Assembly (NCBI GenBank): GCA_041690395.1
Contig: JAWLHJ010000002.1
Span: 721,199 to 775,842, forward strand
Direction: 5' to 3'
Source of the DNA: Longimicrobiales bacterium
Lineage (GTDB): Bacteria; Gemmatimonadota; Gemmatimonadetes; Longimicrobiales; Gaopeijiaceae
Length of the DNA: 54,644 nucleotides
Below are positions 43,741 through 52,669 of the stretch, in pieces (positions within the stretch are counted from its first letter, which is position 1; each line of letters opens with the position of its first letter). The translations under genes and the position numbers were made by a program. The notes beneath the pieces were generated by a model. The model saw only the letters and a program-made list of their open reading frames with translations, was not told the origin of the DNA and searched no databases.

Positions 43741-43891
43741 TAACAAGTATGTTTCTGGGTCCGCTCACTTCGTTCGCTCCCCCTACATGGCCTTACGATC
43801 GAACGTGGCCCGGGAGCGGATCGCAGTGTATTCTCCGGCAGGTAAGCGTGGGCCGGCTGATGGGGGCCACGTCAGAAACATCTGAACGTTA
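43741..43891 (+). repeat. attC-like site 1 (core type B)
   Basis: TAAC-aagt-ATGTTTCTG...ACATGGCC...GGCCACGT-CAGAAACAT-ctgaac-GTTA. Confidence 0.9.
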
Positions 43892-43948
43892 TCGGTCATT
43901 GCAGGCCGGGCATGAGGGCAGGCGGGTCGCGAACGGGCCTCCACTGGA

Positions 43949-44335
43949 GTGAGCGTGCATATTCCGGGACTTGAGATTAGGGAGCCACTGGAGCATCGCC
44001 CCATTCGTGGAACAATCCATGGTGGTTCCGTGGGGATCCTGTTCGGCGTTCTGGCTGTCGTCGGTGGAGCAGATGGTGGCACTCTGTTCGGCGGATACAC
44101 CGCCGGCTGCGCGGCGGCAGGTCTCGTTATTGGGTCTGCCCTGCCATTGTTCCGGTCGAGGGTGCTGGCTGGAGTAGTCGTGGCCGTTGCTTGGTCAGTC
44201 GGCCACGGGATTGCGACTCAACTCTGGGGCCAAGAGATGGGATTCCCGCTTGTGGCCTCGGTCGGGATGGCGATGGGATTCGCCTACGCCGTCTTGCTGT
44301 GGGACTACAAGTCAACAGGAGTAGCGCCGCATTAG
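43949..44335 (+). CDS. Cassette 1: hypothetical 4-TM membrane protein
   Basis: Single hydrophobic ORF inside the cassette; duplicated in cassette 2. Confidence 0.6.
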   Translation: MSVHIPGLEIREPLEHRPIRGTIHGGSVGILFGVLAVVGGADGGTLFGGYTAGCAAAGLVIGSALPLFRSRVLAGVVVAVAWSVGHGIATQLWGQEMGFPLVASVGMAMGFAYAVLLWDYKSTGVAPH

Positions 44336-44513
44336 TGGTGCGCTAAGGTTTCGACCTTAGGGGCACTGCCAGCGTGAGTCAGCCGACATGCCGTCTTGGT
44401 AGTGCCTCGTGGCCTGTGACTAGGCGACGCGTCCTTCAACTCTAGCTCGCGAGGGGACGAAGGTCGGTTTCACCGCCCGGACTGGTGTTGTCCGGCAAGC
44501 CTGCAACGACCGA

Positions 44514-44669
44514 TAACAAGAATGTTTCCGGCTCCGCTCACTGCGTTCGCTCCGACCTACATGGCCTCGAGCGTTTCAGGTCCGTAGACTGGGTGCAGTG
44601 ACGTAGGTTCCGCTTCTGTTCGCATGTAAGCAGTGCGGCGGTGGCCACGTCGGAAACATCTGAACGTTA
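44514..44669 (+). repeat. attC-like site 2 (type A)
   Basis: TAAC..ATGTTTCCG...CGGAAACATCTGAACGTTA. Confidence 0.9.
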
Positions 44670-44727
44670 TCGGTCATTGCAGGCCGGGCATGAGGGTCAG
44701 GCGGGTCGCGAACGGGCCTCCACTGGA

Positions 44728-45114
44728 GTGAGCGTGCATATTCCGGGACTTGAGATTAGGGAGCCACTGGAGCATCGCCCCATTCGTGGAACAATCCATG
44801 GTGGTTCCGTGGGGATCCTGTTCGGCGTTCTGGCTGTCGTCGGTGGAGCAGATGGTGGCACTCTGTTCGGCGGATACACCGCCGGCTGCGCGGCGGCAGG
44901 TCTCGTTATTGGGTCTGCCCTGCCATTGTTCCGGTCGAGGGTGCTGGCTGGAGTAGTCGTGGCCGTTGCTTGGTCAGTCGGCCACGGGATCGCGACTCAA
45001 CTCTGGGGCCAAGAGATGGGATTCCCGCTTGTGGCCTCGGTCGGGATGGCGATGGGATTCGCCTACGCTGTCTTGCTGTGGGACTACAAGTCAACAGGAG
45101 TAACGCCGCATTAG
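44728..45114 (+). CDS. Cassette 2: near-identical copy of the cassette 1 membrane protein
   Basis: Same protein except GVAPH versus GVTPH. Confidence 0.6.
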   Translation: MSVHIPGLEIREPLEHRPIRGTIHGGSVGILFGVLAVVGGADGGTLFGGYTAGCAAAGLVIGSALPLFRSRVLAGVVVAVAWSVGHGIATQLWGQEMGFPLVASVGMAMGFAYAVLLWDYKSTGVTPH

Positions 45115-45298
45115 TGGTGCGCTGAGGTTTCGAGCTTAGGGTCCGAAGAGCACTGCCAGCGTGAGTCAGCCGACATCCCGTCTTGGTAGTGCCTCGTGGT
45201 CTGACTAGGCGACGCGTCCTTCAACTCTAGCTCGCGAGGGGACGAAGGTCGGTTTCACCACCCGGACTGGTGTTGCCCGGCAAGCCTGCAACGACCGA

Positions 45299-45453
45299 TA
45301 ACAGGAATGTTTCCGGTTACGCGGGCTGCGCCCGCTCCACCTACATGGCCTCGAGCGCTTCGGGTCCGTATGCTGGGTGCAGTGACGTGGGTTCCGCTTC
45401 TGTTCGCATGTAAGCTGTGCGGCGGTGGCCACGTCGGAAACATCTGAACGTTA
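45299..45453 (+). repeat. attC-like site 3 (type A)
   Basis: Same consensus as the other repeats. Confidence 0.9.
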
Positions 45454-45598
45454 TATGACATCGCCTGAGGGGTTCTGAGGGGTCGAGGCGACCCTTTGAG
45501 GGGAGTTGAATAGGATTTAACGGAGCCCTTGCGTTAAAAATTTTGGCGCACGATTTTAATGTCCTCACGCCCCATTAAAGCCTCCTTCCCCCACTCGA

Positions 45599-46744
45599 AT
45601 GGACACTTCGGCTTTTGGCCCGAAGTCCCCTGGCAAGCTGGTTCCCGTATCGGGTGTTCGGGACGTTACGCACGCCTTTTGCCCGGAGCCTCTGCCTCCG
45701 AACTGGACGTTTCCGGCGGCCTTATGGCCGCTCCTCACGGACGCCCGAGTCGCTTTGGCGGACCTGAACGGGGTTGGTCGATATCTGCCTAATCCCGACC
45801 TGTTACTGCGCCCGCTCCAGAATCGAGAGGCACAAAAATCCTCGAGTCTTGAGGGGACGTACACGGAGCCCGAAGAGCAGATGCTGTTTGAGCTCGAGCC
45901 CGAGTTGCCCCGAGACGTGGCAGATCCCCGAAATGCTCGCAGGGAGGTCTCAAACTACGCTCGGGCTCTGCGGATCCGGCGCGAGAAGGATGAACTACCC
46001 CTCTCCTGGAGGCTGACCAAGACGCTTCACGAGGTCTTGATGGATGGGGTCCGTGGGTCGGATCGCGCCCCGGGGGAATTTCGGCGGCTCCAGAATCAAA
46101 TCGGTCGGCCGCCCAGATTTGTCCCCCCGCCAGCACATCTCGTCCCAGACCTACTCGACAACTTCGAGAAGTACTTGCATGCTGACGACGGGTTGGACCC
46201 TCTCGTACGTGCTTTTGTAGCGCACTATCAATTCGAAACCATCCATCCGTTCATGGACGGAAATGGCCGCGTCGGAAGACTGCTCCTCGCGATATCGATT
46301 GAGGAGTGGTGCGGACTATCGGCACCTTGGCTCTACATGAGCGACTTCTTCGATAGGAACAAAGACGACTACATCGACCTCATGTTTGCCGTGAGTTCCC
46401 GCGGAGACTGGGAGAGTTGGATCCGTTTCTGCCTCGAGGGAGTCGTGATTCAAGCCAAGGACACTGCCGCACGTTGCGGAGCACTGATTCAATTGAATAG
46501 GGACTTCCACGAGCGGGTCAACCAAATGGGTGCCAGCATCAGGCTCTCGGCTCTGGTCGACGACCTCTTCTTGAATCCCATGGTACGCGTGACGGACGCG
46601 CGAGATCGCCTCAGTGTAACCTACCCCACGGCCCGCAGTGATCTCCAAAAGCTTGAGCGAGCCGGAATCGTCCGGCTCCTGAAAGGAGCGCCACAGCTGA
46701 CTTACTTCTCCGGCCCGATCCTGAACACTATTTACGGCGATTGA
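45599..46744 (+). CDS. Cassette 3: Fic family protein with N-terminal domain and C-terminal wHTH
   Basis: HPFMDGNGRVGR Fic motif; EAQKSSSLEGT inhibitory-like motif; VTYPTARSDLQKL HTH. Confidence 0.92.
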   Translation: MDTSAFGPKSPGKLVPVSGVRDVTHAFCPEPLPPNWTFPAALWPLLTDARVALADLNGVGRYLPNPDLLLRPLQNREAQKSSSLEGTYTEPEEQMLFELEPELPRDVADPRNARREVSNYARALRIRREKDELPLSWRLTKTLHEVLMDGVRGSDRAPGEFRRLQNQIGRPPRFVPPPAHLVPDLLDNFEKYLHADDGLDPLVRAFVAHYQFETIHPFMDGNGRVGRLLLAISIEEWCGLSAPWLYMSDFFDRNKDDYIDLMFAVSSRGDWESWIRFCLEGVVIQAKDTAARCGALIQLNRDFHERVNQMGASIRLSALVDDLFLNPMVRVTDARDRLSVTYPTARSDLQKLERAGIVRLLKGAPQLTYFSGPILNTIYGD

Positions 46745-46781
46745 TGGGTTGCTCCAGACGGTTCGGTGGGGCGACGTCATA

Positions 46782-46930
46782 TAACAAGAATGTTTCCGGG
46801 TCCGCTCGCTGCGCTCGCTCCCCCTACATGGCCTTCAGGCTGTCGTGGCGCTGGAGCAGATCGCAGCGTATTCTCGGGCAGATGGTTCAGACGGTCCGGT
46901 GGTGGCCACGTCGGAAACATCTGAACGTTA
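46782..46930 (+). repeat. attC-like site 4 (type B)
   Basis: Same consensus as the other repeats. Confidence 0.9.
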
Positions 46931-46978
46931 TGTGAAACTGGCCTCGGATTGAGGCCGATCGTGTGGACCCTCCCGAGC

Positions 46979-47007
46979 TTGCTACTGTACCACGTTTGTG
47001 GTACTAT
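46979..47007 (+). promoter_or_regulatory. TA cassette promoter with overlapping palindromic operator
   Basis: TTGCTA-17bp-TACTAT; GTACCAC-gttt-GTGGTAC at 46987-47004. Confidence 0.75.
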
Positions 47008-47013
47008 GTGCCC

Positions 47014-47319
47014 ATGGGTTTCTCCTCCGCGAAGCGAGCGCTCCTGGCCGCCCTCGAGGTTGGCAACTTCCAGCACGAGGCCCGGGAGGTTCTCAGCGAG
47101 AAGAACCTGCTGGCCGTCGGGGACATCTCCGTGGACGAGGTCATCGGCATCGTGAAGCGGGCTCGCGGCCCGGACTATTCGGCGTCGCCTCATCACTGGG
47201 ATCCGGGCACCGAGGTACACGTGTTCCGGCCGACGGTCGAAGGGACCCGATGGTATGTGAAGGCCTACTTCCTTGAAGAACCCGAAGGAACTGCGGTCTT
47301 CATCAGCATTCACCGGTAG
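47014..47319 (+). CDS. Cassette 4: putative MqsR/RelE-superfamily toxin
   Basis: 101 aa, C-terminal WYVKAYF...VFISIH as in MqsR-like RNases; toxin-first gene order. Confidence 0.65.
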   Translation: MGFSSAKRALLAALEVGNFQHEAREVLSEKNLLAVGDISVDEVIGIVKRARGPDYSASPHHWDPGTEVHVFRPTVEGTRWYVKAYFLEEPEGTAVFISIHR

Positions 47320-47325
47320 GACGAC

Positions 47326-47916
47326 ATGAAGATCATCGAAGAAGGTACGAGGGGTGTTGCTCTAGCTCCGGAGCGCGGGAAGGTCCCCGTGGTATTCGAA
47401 TACCGTGACCTGACCCTGGACTCTGGAGTCGTGGTCAAGGACGTCCTCGTTGGGGTGGCTGAGGACACGGGAGAGGTCCTCACCGTTCCGGCCCAGTCCA
47501 CGCCTCGGATCAAGCTGGCCAGGCTGGCGGCGAAAGATGAGACGTTCTCGGTCCGCATCCCATTCGAGCTGAACGATATCCTGTGGGGTGTGTCTCACGA
47601 GCTCGGAGCGAATCCGACGAAGTTCAACTCTGCGTTGATCCGGTTTTATCTACATGAAGCGACCGACAGCCGGACCATGGCCCGGAGGTTGAAGAGGCTC
47701 TCGACTTCCGACCTAGCCGCGAAGTCCTCGAAGACCAAGCTCACCCTCCGGTCCGACTCGGATCTTCTTGAACGGGTCAAGCAGGTCGAAGAGAGAGAGG
47801 GGGTCTCTCGGAGTGAGCTGGTGAGAGGGGCCGTGATCGCAATGAAGGAAGATGTTTTCGACCGGCCGAGGAAGGGTCGCTTGGGTCAGCTAAGAGCCAT
47901 TGCTGAGGCGGTCTGA
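47326..47916 (+). CDS. Cassette 4: putative antitoxin (MqsA-like N-terminus, RHH-like C-terminus)
   Basis: V.DVLVGVAEDTGE resembles the MqsA C..CGE motif; two RHH-like segments. Confidence 0.6.
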   Translation: MKIIEEGTRGVALAPERGKVPVVFEYRDLTLDSGVVVKDVLVGVAEDTGEVLTVPAQSTPRIKLARLAAKDETFSVRIPFELNDILWGVSHELGANPTKFNSALIRFYLHEATDSRTMARRLKRLSTSDLAAKSSKTKLTLRSDSDLLERVKQVEEREGVSRSELVRGAVIAMKEDVFDRPRKGRLGQLRAIAEAV

Positions 47917-47941
47917 TTTGGCCGACCAGGCCAGCATCACA

Positions 47942-48092
47942 TAACAAGTATGTTTCCGGCTTCGCTCACTTCGTTCGCTCCGACCTACATGGCCTCGAGC
48001 GAATGTGGTCCGGGAACCAAGTGCAGCGTATTCTCGAAGTGAAGGTCCGACCACAGTTCGTGGTGGGCCACGTCGGAAACATCTGAACGTTA
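47942..48092 (+). repeat. attC-like site 5 (type B)
   Basis: Same consensus as the other repeats. Confidence 0.9.
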
Positions 48093-48341
48093 GCCGACAC
48101 CCTCAGACAGGTGCGGTAGGCGGGGTGGCCGCAACGAGCTTCTTGGGTTTCGGTCTCTTGGGCGGCTCCTGCGGGGTCGCCGGGTGGCTCAGCGAACCGT
48201 CTCTCTGAAATTCTCCCCTTCCCCGCCCAGGAGCTCAGGCCCCAGCAACCCACAACGCAACGCGACAAGCGCCAAGAGTTCAAAGTCTCGGGTCTAGGGT
48301 CGCGCGCTGAAACGTTCCTTGGTCTGAGGGCATCGGCTAAC
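48089..48341. other. Cassette 5: ORF-less cassette body (253 bp)
   Basis: Homologous to 51811-52065 and 52213-52466. Confidence 0.75.
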
Positions 48342-48493
48342 AAGAATGTTTCCGGCTCCGCGGGCTTCGCCCGCTCCGACCTACATGGCCTCGAGCGTCT
48401 CAGGTCCGTAGACTGGGTGCAGTGACGTGGGTTCCGCTTCTGTTCGTCTGTAAGCCGCGCGGCGGTGGCCACGTCGGAAACATCTGAACGTTA
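48338..48493 (+). repeat. attC-like site 6 (type A)
   Basis: Same consensus as the other repeats. Confidence 0.9.
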
Positions 48494-48581
48494 TGTGTAA
48501 TTGCCCTGGTGCCGGGGGATTGGGTTCAGATGGATGTCGCGAGGCTGATGCGTTCGCGTTGACCCAGGCGGTGATGAGCGA

Positions 48582-49784
48582 ATGAAGGGACTCGGAGTTC
48601 TTCTAATCCTGGGCATGTTCGCATGTGATCGTGCGGACCCACCTGAGGCCAGTGGGATTCCGACTACGACGTCGTCTCCACCGTACCCGGAGTGGTCACT
48701 GAGCTCCGAGCCTGACGTCCGCATCGGGGCGGTGGACGGGCCGCCGGAGTACCAGCTTACCCGCATCGGACTTGCCGGACGTCTAACCGACGGAAGGATC
48801 GTCGTGTTCGATAACGGCTCGTCTGAGCTGCGTTGGTTTGGTCCCGACGGAGGATTCCAGGCGCGAGCGGGAGGTCCCGGCGAGGGTCCAGGCGAGTTCC
48901 GGAGCGTGGTCAGCGCAGCCGTGACTCCACAGGACTCGGTCGTTCTGTATGACTTCAGGAATCAGCGGCTGACCTGGCACGGACCGGACGGAGTTCTCGG
49001 TCGCACCCTGCGGGCCGAGCTACATCCTTCCATGAGGCTCGTTTCCCGCCAAGACGAGCGCATCGTCATTGCGGAGGAACGGCCGGCGTTGAATCTAGGC
49101 GGTGCTGAGTACAACTACGCCCGGGACTCGGTCCTGATCATGTTAACCGGCAGCACGACACAGCCTCTCGACACCTTGGTGCACCGTGCCGGTCGAGAGG
49201 CGGCGACCTGGGTCGAGTACGCGGACGGAAGACCAATCGGCACTCGACAGCTCGGTCTGCCCTTCAGTCATCCGACACTCGTCGGAGCCGCAGCAGAAGG
49301 GATCGTGCTCCTGGAGAGCGGACGGTCTGAACTGGCTTTCCTGGATGATGAGGGCCAGGTGGTTCGGATGGCACACCGTACGGACGTGGATTCCCCTGCT
49401 CTTTCAGCTGTTCTGCGCCAAGAGTACGTGAGGAACGCCGTGCAGTCGGCGAGAGAGAGAGACGTTCCGGAACAGCCCGCTCGAGCTGCGGCCGAAGGTC
49501 TCCTCGCGGTGATCCCGGAAGGACATAGAGTGTCGCCCTTCGACCGCATGCTGACAGACCCTGTCTCGGGAAGGATCTGGGTCCGTGACTATCTGTTCGA
49601 TTGGAATGCCGGGGGAGCTCAGTATTGGACGGTGCATGATTCGCTCGGCCACGTCTTAGGGCGAGTCGCAACTCCGCCGGGACTTGAAGTCATGCAGGTG
49701 GGCTCCGATTTCGTGGTCGGAGTCGAGCGAGACCAGTTGGGGGTGGAGTATGTTGTCGCGTACTCGCTGGAGGGCTCCGACTAG
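48582..49784 (+). CDS. Cassette 6: lipoprotein, probable 6-bladed beta-propeller
   Basis: Lipobox MFAC; GGPGEGPGEF NHL-like motif; GRIWVRDY. Confidence 0.75.
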   Translation: MKGLGVLLILGMFACDRADPPEASGIPTTTSSPPYPEWSLSSEPDVRIGAVDGPPEYQLTRIGLAGRLTDGRIVVFDNGSSELRWFGPDGGFQARAGGPGEGPGEFRSVVSAAVTPQDSVVLYDFRNQRLTWHGPDGVLGRTLRAELHPSMRLVSRQDERIVIAEERPALNLGGAEYNYARDSVLIMLTGSTTQPLDTLVHRAGREAATWVEYADGRPIGTRQLGLPFSHPTLVGAAAEGIVLLESGRSELAFLDDEGQVVRMAHRTDVDSPALSAVLRQEYVRNAVQSARERDVPEQPARAAAEGLLAVIPEGHRVSPFDRMLTDPVSGRIWVRDYLFDWNAGGAQYWTVHDSLGHVLGRVATPPGLEVMQVGSDFVVGVERDQLGVEYVVAYSLEGSD

Positions 49785-49877
49785 ATGCGGATCGCGCGCG
49801 AAGAAGATCTTTGGGTTCTCCTCTCGGCGGCACCGCCGGTAACCGCATCGGTTTAGGTTGAGCCGGGCAACTACACA

Positions 49878-50027
49878 TAACAAGAATGTTTCCGGGTCCG
49901 CTCGCTGCGCTCGCTCCCCCTACATGGCCTCGAGCTGTCGGACATCGTAAGCTGTCAGTTGAACTCGGTGCGTTTCAGCAGAGAAAAGCGCATATGCTGG
50001 GGCCACGTCGGAAACATCTGAACGTTA
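49878..50027 (+). repeat. attC-like site 7 (type C)
   Basis: Same consensus as the other repeats. Confidence 0.9.
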
Positions 50028-50058
50028 TGTGAAACAGCTCCCCGCCTGAGGGAACGCG

Positions 50059-50628
50059 GTGGCATCGGAAGCAGGAGAATTGAACAGGGACACCCTGCCC
50101 GAGGTTATCGAGACGGAACGACTCGTCCTTCGACCGTTCCAACTCGGTGACGTGGAAGATGTCCTGGCCTATGCTCAGGATCCTGAATGGGCCCGCTTCT
50201 TGAGGGACCTCCCTCAGCCCTATGGACGGGCCGAGGCTGAGCAGGCTGTCGCCAAGCAGCTCCTGATGGACCGGGTTCGAGAGCCGAACTGGGCCTTGGT
50301 CTTTGAAGGCCAAGTCATCGGAGGCGTGATCCTATTGTTGGATTTCTCGAACAGGTCCGCCGAGGTCGGCTACTCCGTGGGCCGCAAGCAATGGAATAAG
50401 GGGTTGGCTACGGAAGCCGTCCGCGCCGTCATCGATGCGGCATTCTCCACACATGAAGATCTCAACCGGGTGTGGGCGAGGACGGATCCGGACAACGTGG
50501 CTTCCCAGCGGGTGCTCGAGAAGGTGGGAATGACGAAGGAAGGCGTTCTGCGTCTGAGTCGGGTGTACAACGGAGAGGCGTTCGACGAAGCGTACTTCTC
50601 TTTGCTTCGGACAGAACGGGGAGCGTGA
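50059..50628 (+). CDS. Cassette 7: RimJ/RimL-family GNAT acetyltransferase
   Basis: IETERLVLRPF, AEVGY, WNKGLATEA, NVASQRVLEKVGM..EG. Confidence 0.92.
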   Translation: MASEAGELNRDTLPEVIETERLVLRPFQLGDVEDVLAYAQDPEWARFLRDLPQPYGRAEAEQAVAKQLLMDRVREPNWALVFEGQVIGGVILLLDFSNRSAEVGYSVGRKQWNKGLATEAVRAVIDAAFSTHEDLNRVWARTDPDNVASQRVLEKVGMTKEGVLRLSRVYNGEAFDEAYFSLLRTERGA

Positions 50629-50659
50629 TCGACGGGGTACGGCGGGGAGCTGCATCACA

Positions 50660-50814
50660 TAACAAGAATGTTTCCGGTTACGCGGGCTGCGCCCGCTCCA
50701 CCTACATGGCCTCGAGCGCTTCGGGTCCGTATGCTGGGTGCAGTGACGTGGGTTCCGCTTCTGTTCGATTGTAAGCAGCGCGGTGGTGGCCACGTCGGAA
50801 ACATCTGAACGTTA
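50660..50814 (+). repeat. attC-like site 8 (type A)
   Basis: Same consensus as the other repeats. Confidence 0.9.
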
Positions 50815-50826
50815 TCGGTCATTGAA

Positions 50827-51060
50827 TCACGACCATGGTGCAGAGACTTCTCCGTCTAGCTCGTCGAGCTTCCGCTGCATGAAGGCTCGGGCATCTTGCA
50901 CTGCTTGGTTGTAAACGTGGGGCCCGACCTCATCGAGGCAGAAGTCAAGTAACTGGGACGCGCGGAACGAGCTCAAGGTCTCGTCGAACTCCTCCAGATA
51001 GAACCCCTGGATACGGAGAATCAGCTGCTCGCGTCGCTCGTCTGAGAGCCTCAGAGTCAT
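50827..51060 (-). CDS. Cassette 8: DUF2164 family protein
   Basis: IQGFY.EE...LLDF...EVGP.VYNQAVQDA. Confidence 0.8.
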   Translation of the reverse strand: MTLRLSDERREQLILRIQGFYLEEFDETLSSFRASQLLDFCLDEVGPHVYNQAVQDARAFMQRKLDELDGEVSAPWS

Positions 51061-51118
51061 CGGGTTTGTCCGTCCATTTCTTGCGTTAGAGAAAGAGTAC
51101 GATGGCCCACAGTGAAAG

Positions 51119-51625
51119 ATGAAGCTAACCGAGCCCAGGATCGAACGATCTCACCACATGAGGTTGGTTGGACTCAGTGCGCGGATGTCCTTTGGCGAGC
51201 CAGCCATGTCAGAGCTGTGGCGGACTTTTCGTCCGAGAGCCCGGCAGATCGGGAATCGGAGGAGCCAGGACTTCGTCTCCATGCGCGTGTTCGTTCCTCC
51301 GCTGAAGACCATGCCCCGGCTGGATTCCCCGTTCGTGCAGTGGGCGGCCGTTGAGGTCCACGACTTCGATCACGTTCCCGAAGGCCTCGACACGTGCGTG
51401 GTGCCGGAGGGTCTCTATGCAGTCTTTGTCCATCACGGTACAGCGGAGAGCTTCGGCCGAACGGCCCAGTTCATTTTTCGAGATTGGTTGCCGCAGTCTC
51501 CGTATCAGCTAGCACCCCGGGAGTTCTTCGAGATTCTTGGTCCAGACTATCGTCCGGACGATTCCGATGCATCCGAAGAGGTCTGGATACCTGTCGAACC
51601 TCGGCTACCAAGGCAGAGTGACTGA
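51119..51625 (+). CDS. Cassette 8: GyrI-like small-molecule binding protein
   Basis: LVGLS, LW..F, WAAVEV, VPEG, GLYAVFVH.G, IF.DWLPQS.Y, EEVWIPV. Confidence 0.88.
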   Translation: MKLTEPRIERSHHMRLVGLSARMSFGEPAMSELWRTFRPRARQIGNRRSQDFVSMRVFVPPLKTMPRLDSPFVQWAAVEVHDFDHVPEGLDTCVVPEGLYAVFVHHGTAESFGRTAQFIFRDWLPQSPYQLAPREFFEILGPDYRPDDSDASEEVWIPVEPRLPRQSD

Positions 51626-51664
51626 AGATGGGGCCGATCGTGTAGGTGATGATTCAACGACCGA

Positions 51665-51814
51665 TAACAAGAATGTTTCCGGCTCCGCTCACTTCGTTCG
51701 CTCCGACCTACATGGCCTCGAACGTGCAGGCATCGTATGCTGGCAGGTGAACTCGAAGGTTTCAGGTAAGATGAGCGCATATGCGGTGGCCACGTCGGAA
51801 ACATCTGAACGTTA
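51665..51814 (+). repeat. attC-like site 9 (type C)
   Basis: Same consensus as the other repeats. Confidence 0.9.
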
Positions 51815-52065
51815 GGCGACATCACTGAGCAGGTGCGGTAGGCGAGGTGCCCGCTATCAGCTTCTAAGGTTTCGGTATCTCGGGCGGCTCCTTCAGGGTA
51901 ACCGGCCGGCTCAGCGAGCGGGATCTCCACTGAGGTCCCCCTTCCCCGCCCGAGAACTGAGGTTCCATCGAACCTCGTCGCATCGCAACCAGCGCCAAGA
52001 GTTCGAAGTCTTGGGTCTAGCTTTCACCGGCTGGAACGTTCAATGGCTCAGTGACGCCGCCTAAC
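51811..52065. other. Cassette 9: ORF-less cassette body (255 bp)
   Basis: Homolog of cassette 5. Confidence 0.75.
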
Positions 52066-52216
52066 AAGAATGTTTCCGGTTGCGCGGGCTTCGCCCGCTC
52101 CACCTACATGGCCTCGAGCGCTTCGGGTCCGTAGACTGGGTGGAGTGACGTGGGTTCCGCTTCTGTTCGCATGTGAGCCGTGCGGCGGTGGCCACGTCGG
52201 AAACATCTGAACGTTA
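52062..52216 (+). repeat. attC-like site 10 (type A)
   Basis: Same consensus as the other repeats. Confidence 0.9.
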
Positions 52217-52466
52217 GCCGACATCGCGGAGCAGACGCGGGAAGCGGAGTGCCCGCGACGAACAACTGAGGTCGGTATTTCGGGCGGCTCCCTGCGGGGT
52301 CGCTGAGCGGCTCAGCGAACGGACTGAGATCAGGGGTCACCCCACTCCTCCACCCCGTTTCGGACCTGACATGGCCCACAGATCGCGGGGGAGCGCCAAG
52401 AGTTTGGAGGTCCAGGGTCTAGTTTCACCCCCAGCTACGTTCGTTGGCTCCGCGACGCCGGCTAAC
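52213..52466. other. Cassette 10: ORF-less cassette body (254 bp)
   Basis: More diverged homolog of cassettes 5 and 9. Confidence 0.7.
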
Positions 52467-52617
52467 AAGAATGTTTCCGGTTACGCGGGCTTCGCCCGCT
52501 CCACCTACATGGCCTCGAGCGCTTCGGGTCCGTATGCTGGGTGCAGTGACGTGGGTTCCGCTTCTGTTCGCATGTAAGCCACGCGGCGGTGGCCACGTCG
52601 GAAACATCTGAACGTTA
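52463..52617 (+). repeat. attC-like site 11 (type A)
   Basis: Same consensus as the other repeats. Confidence 0.9.
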
Positions 52618-52669
52618 TACGCCATTGGCCTAAGGGTTCGGTTTCACTTCCGGGTGGGGAGGCGAACAG

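Noticed and set aside
46963..47013. Upstream start for the toxin as given in the ORF track
   Set aside because: It overlaps the promoter and operator; ATG 47014 fits better.
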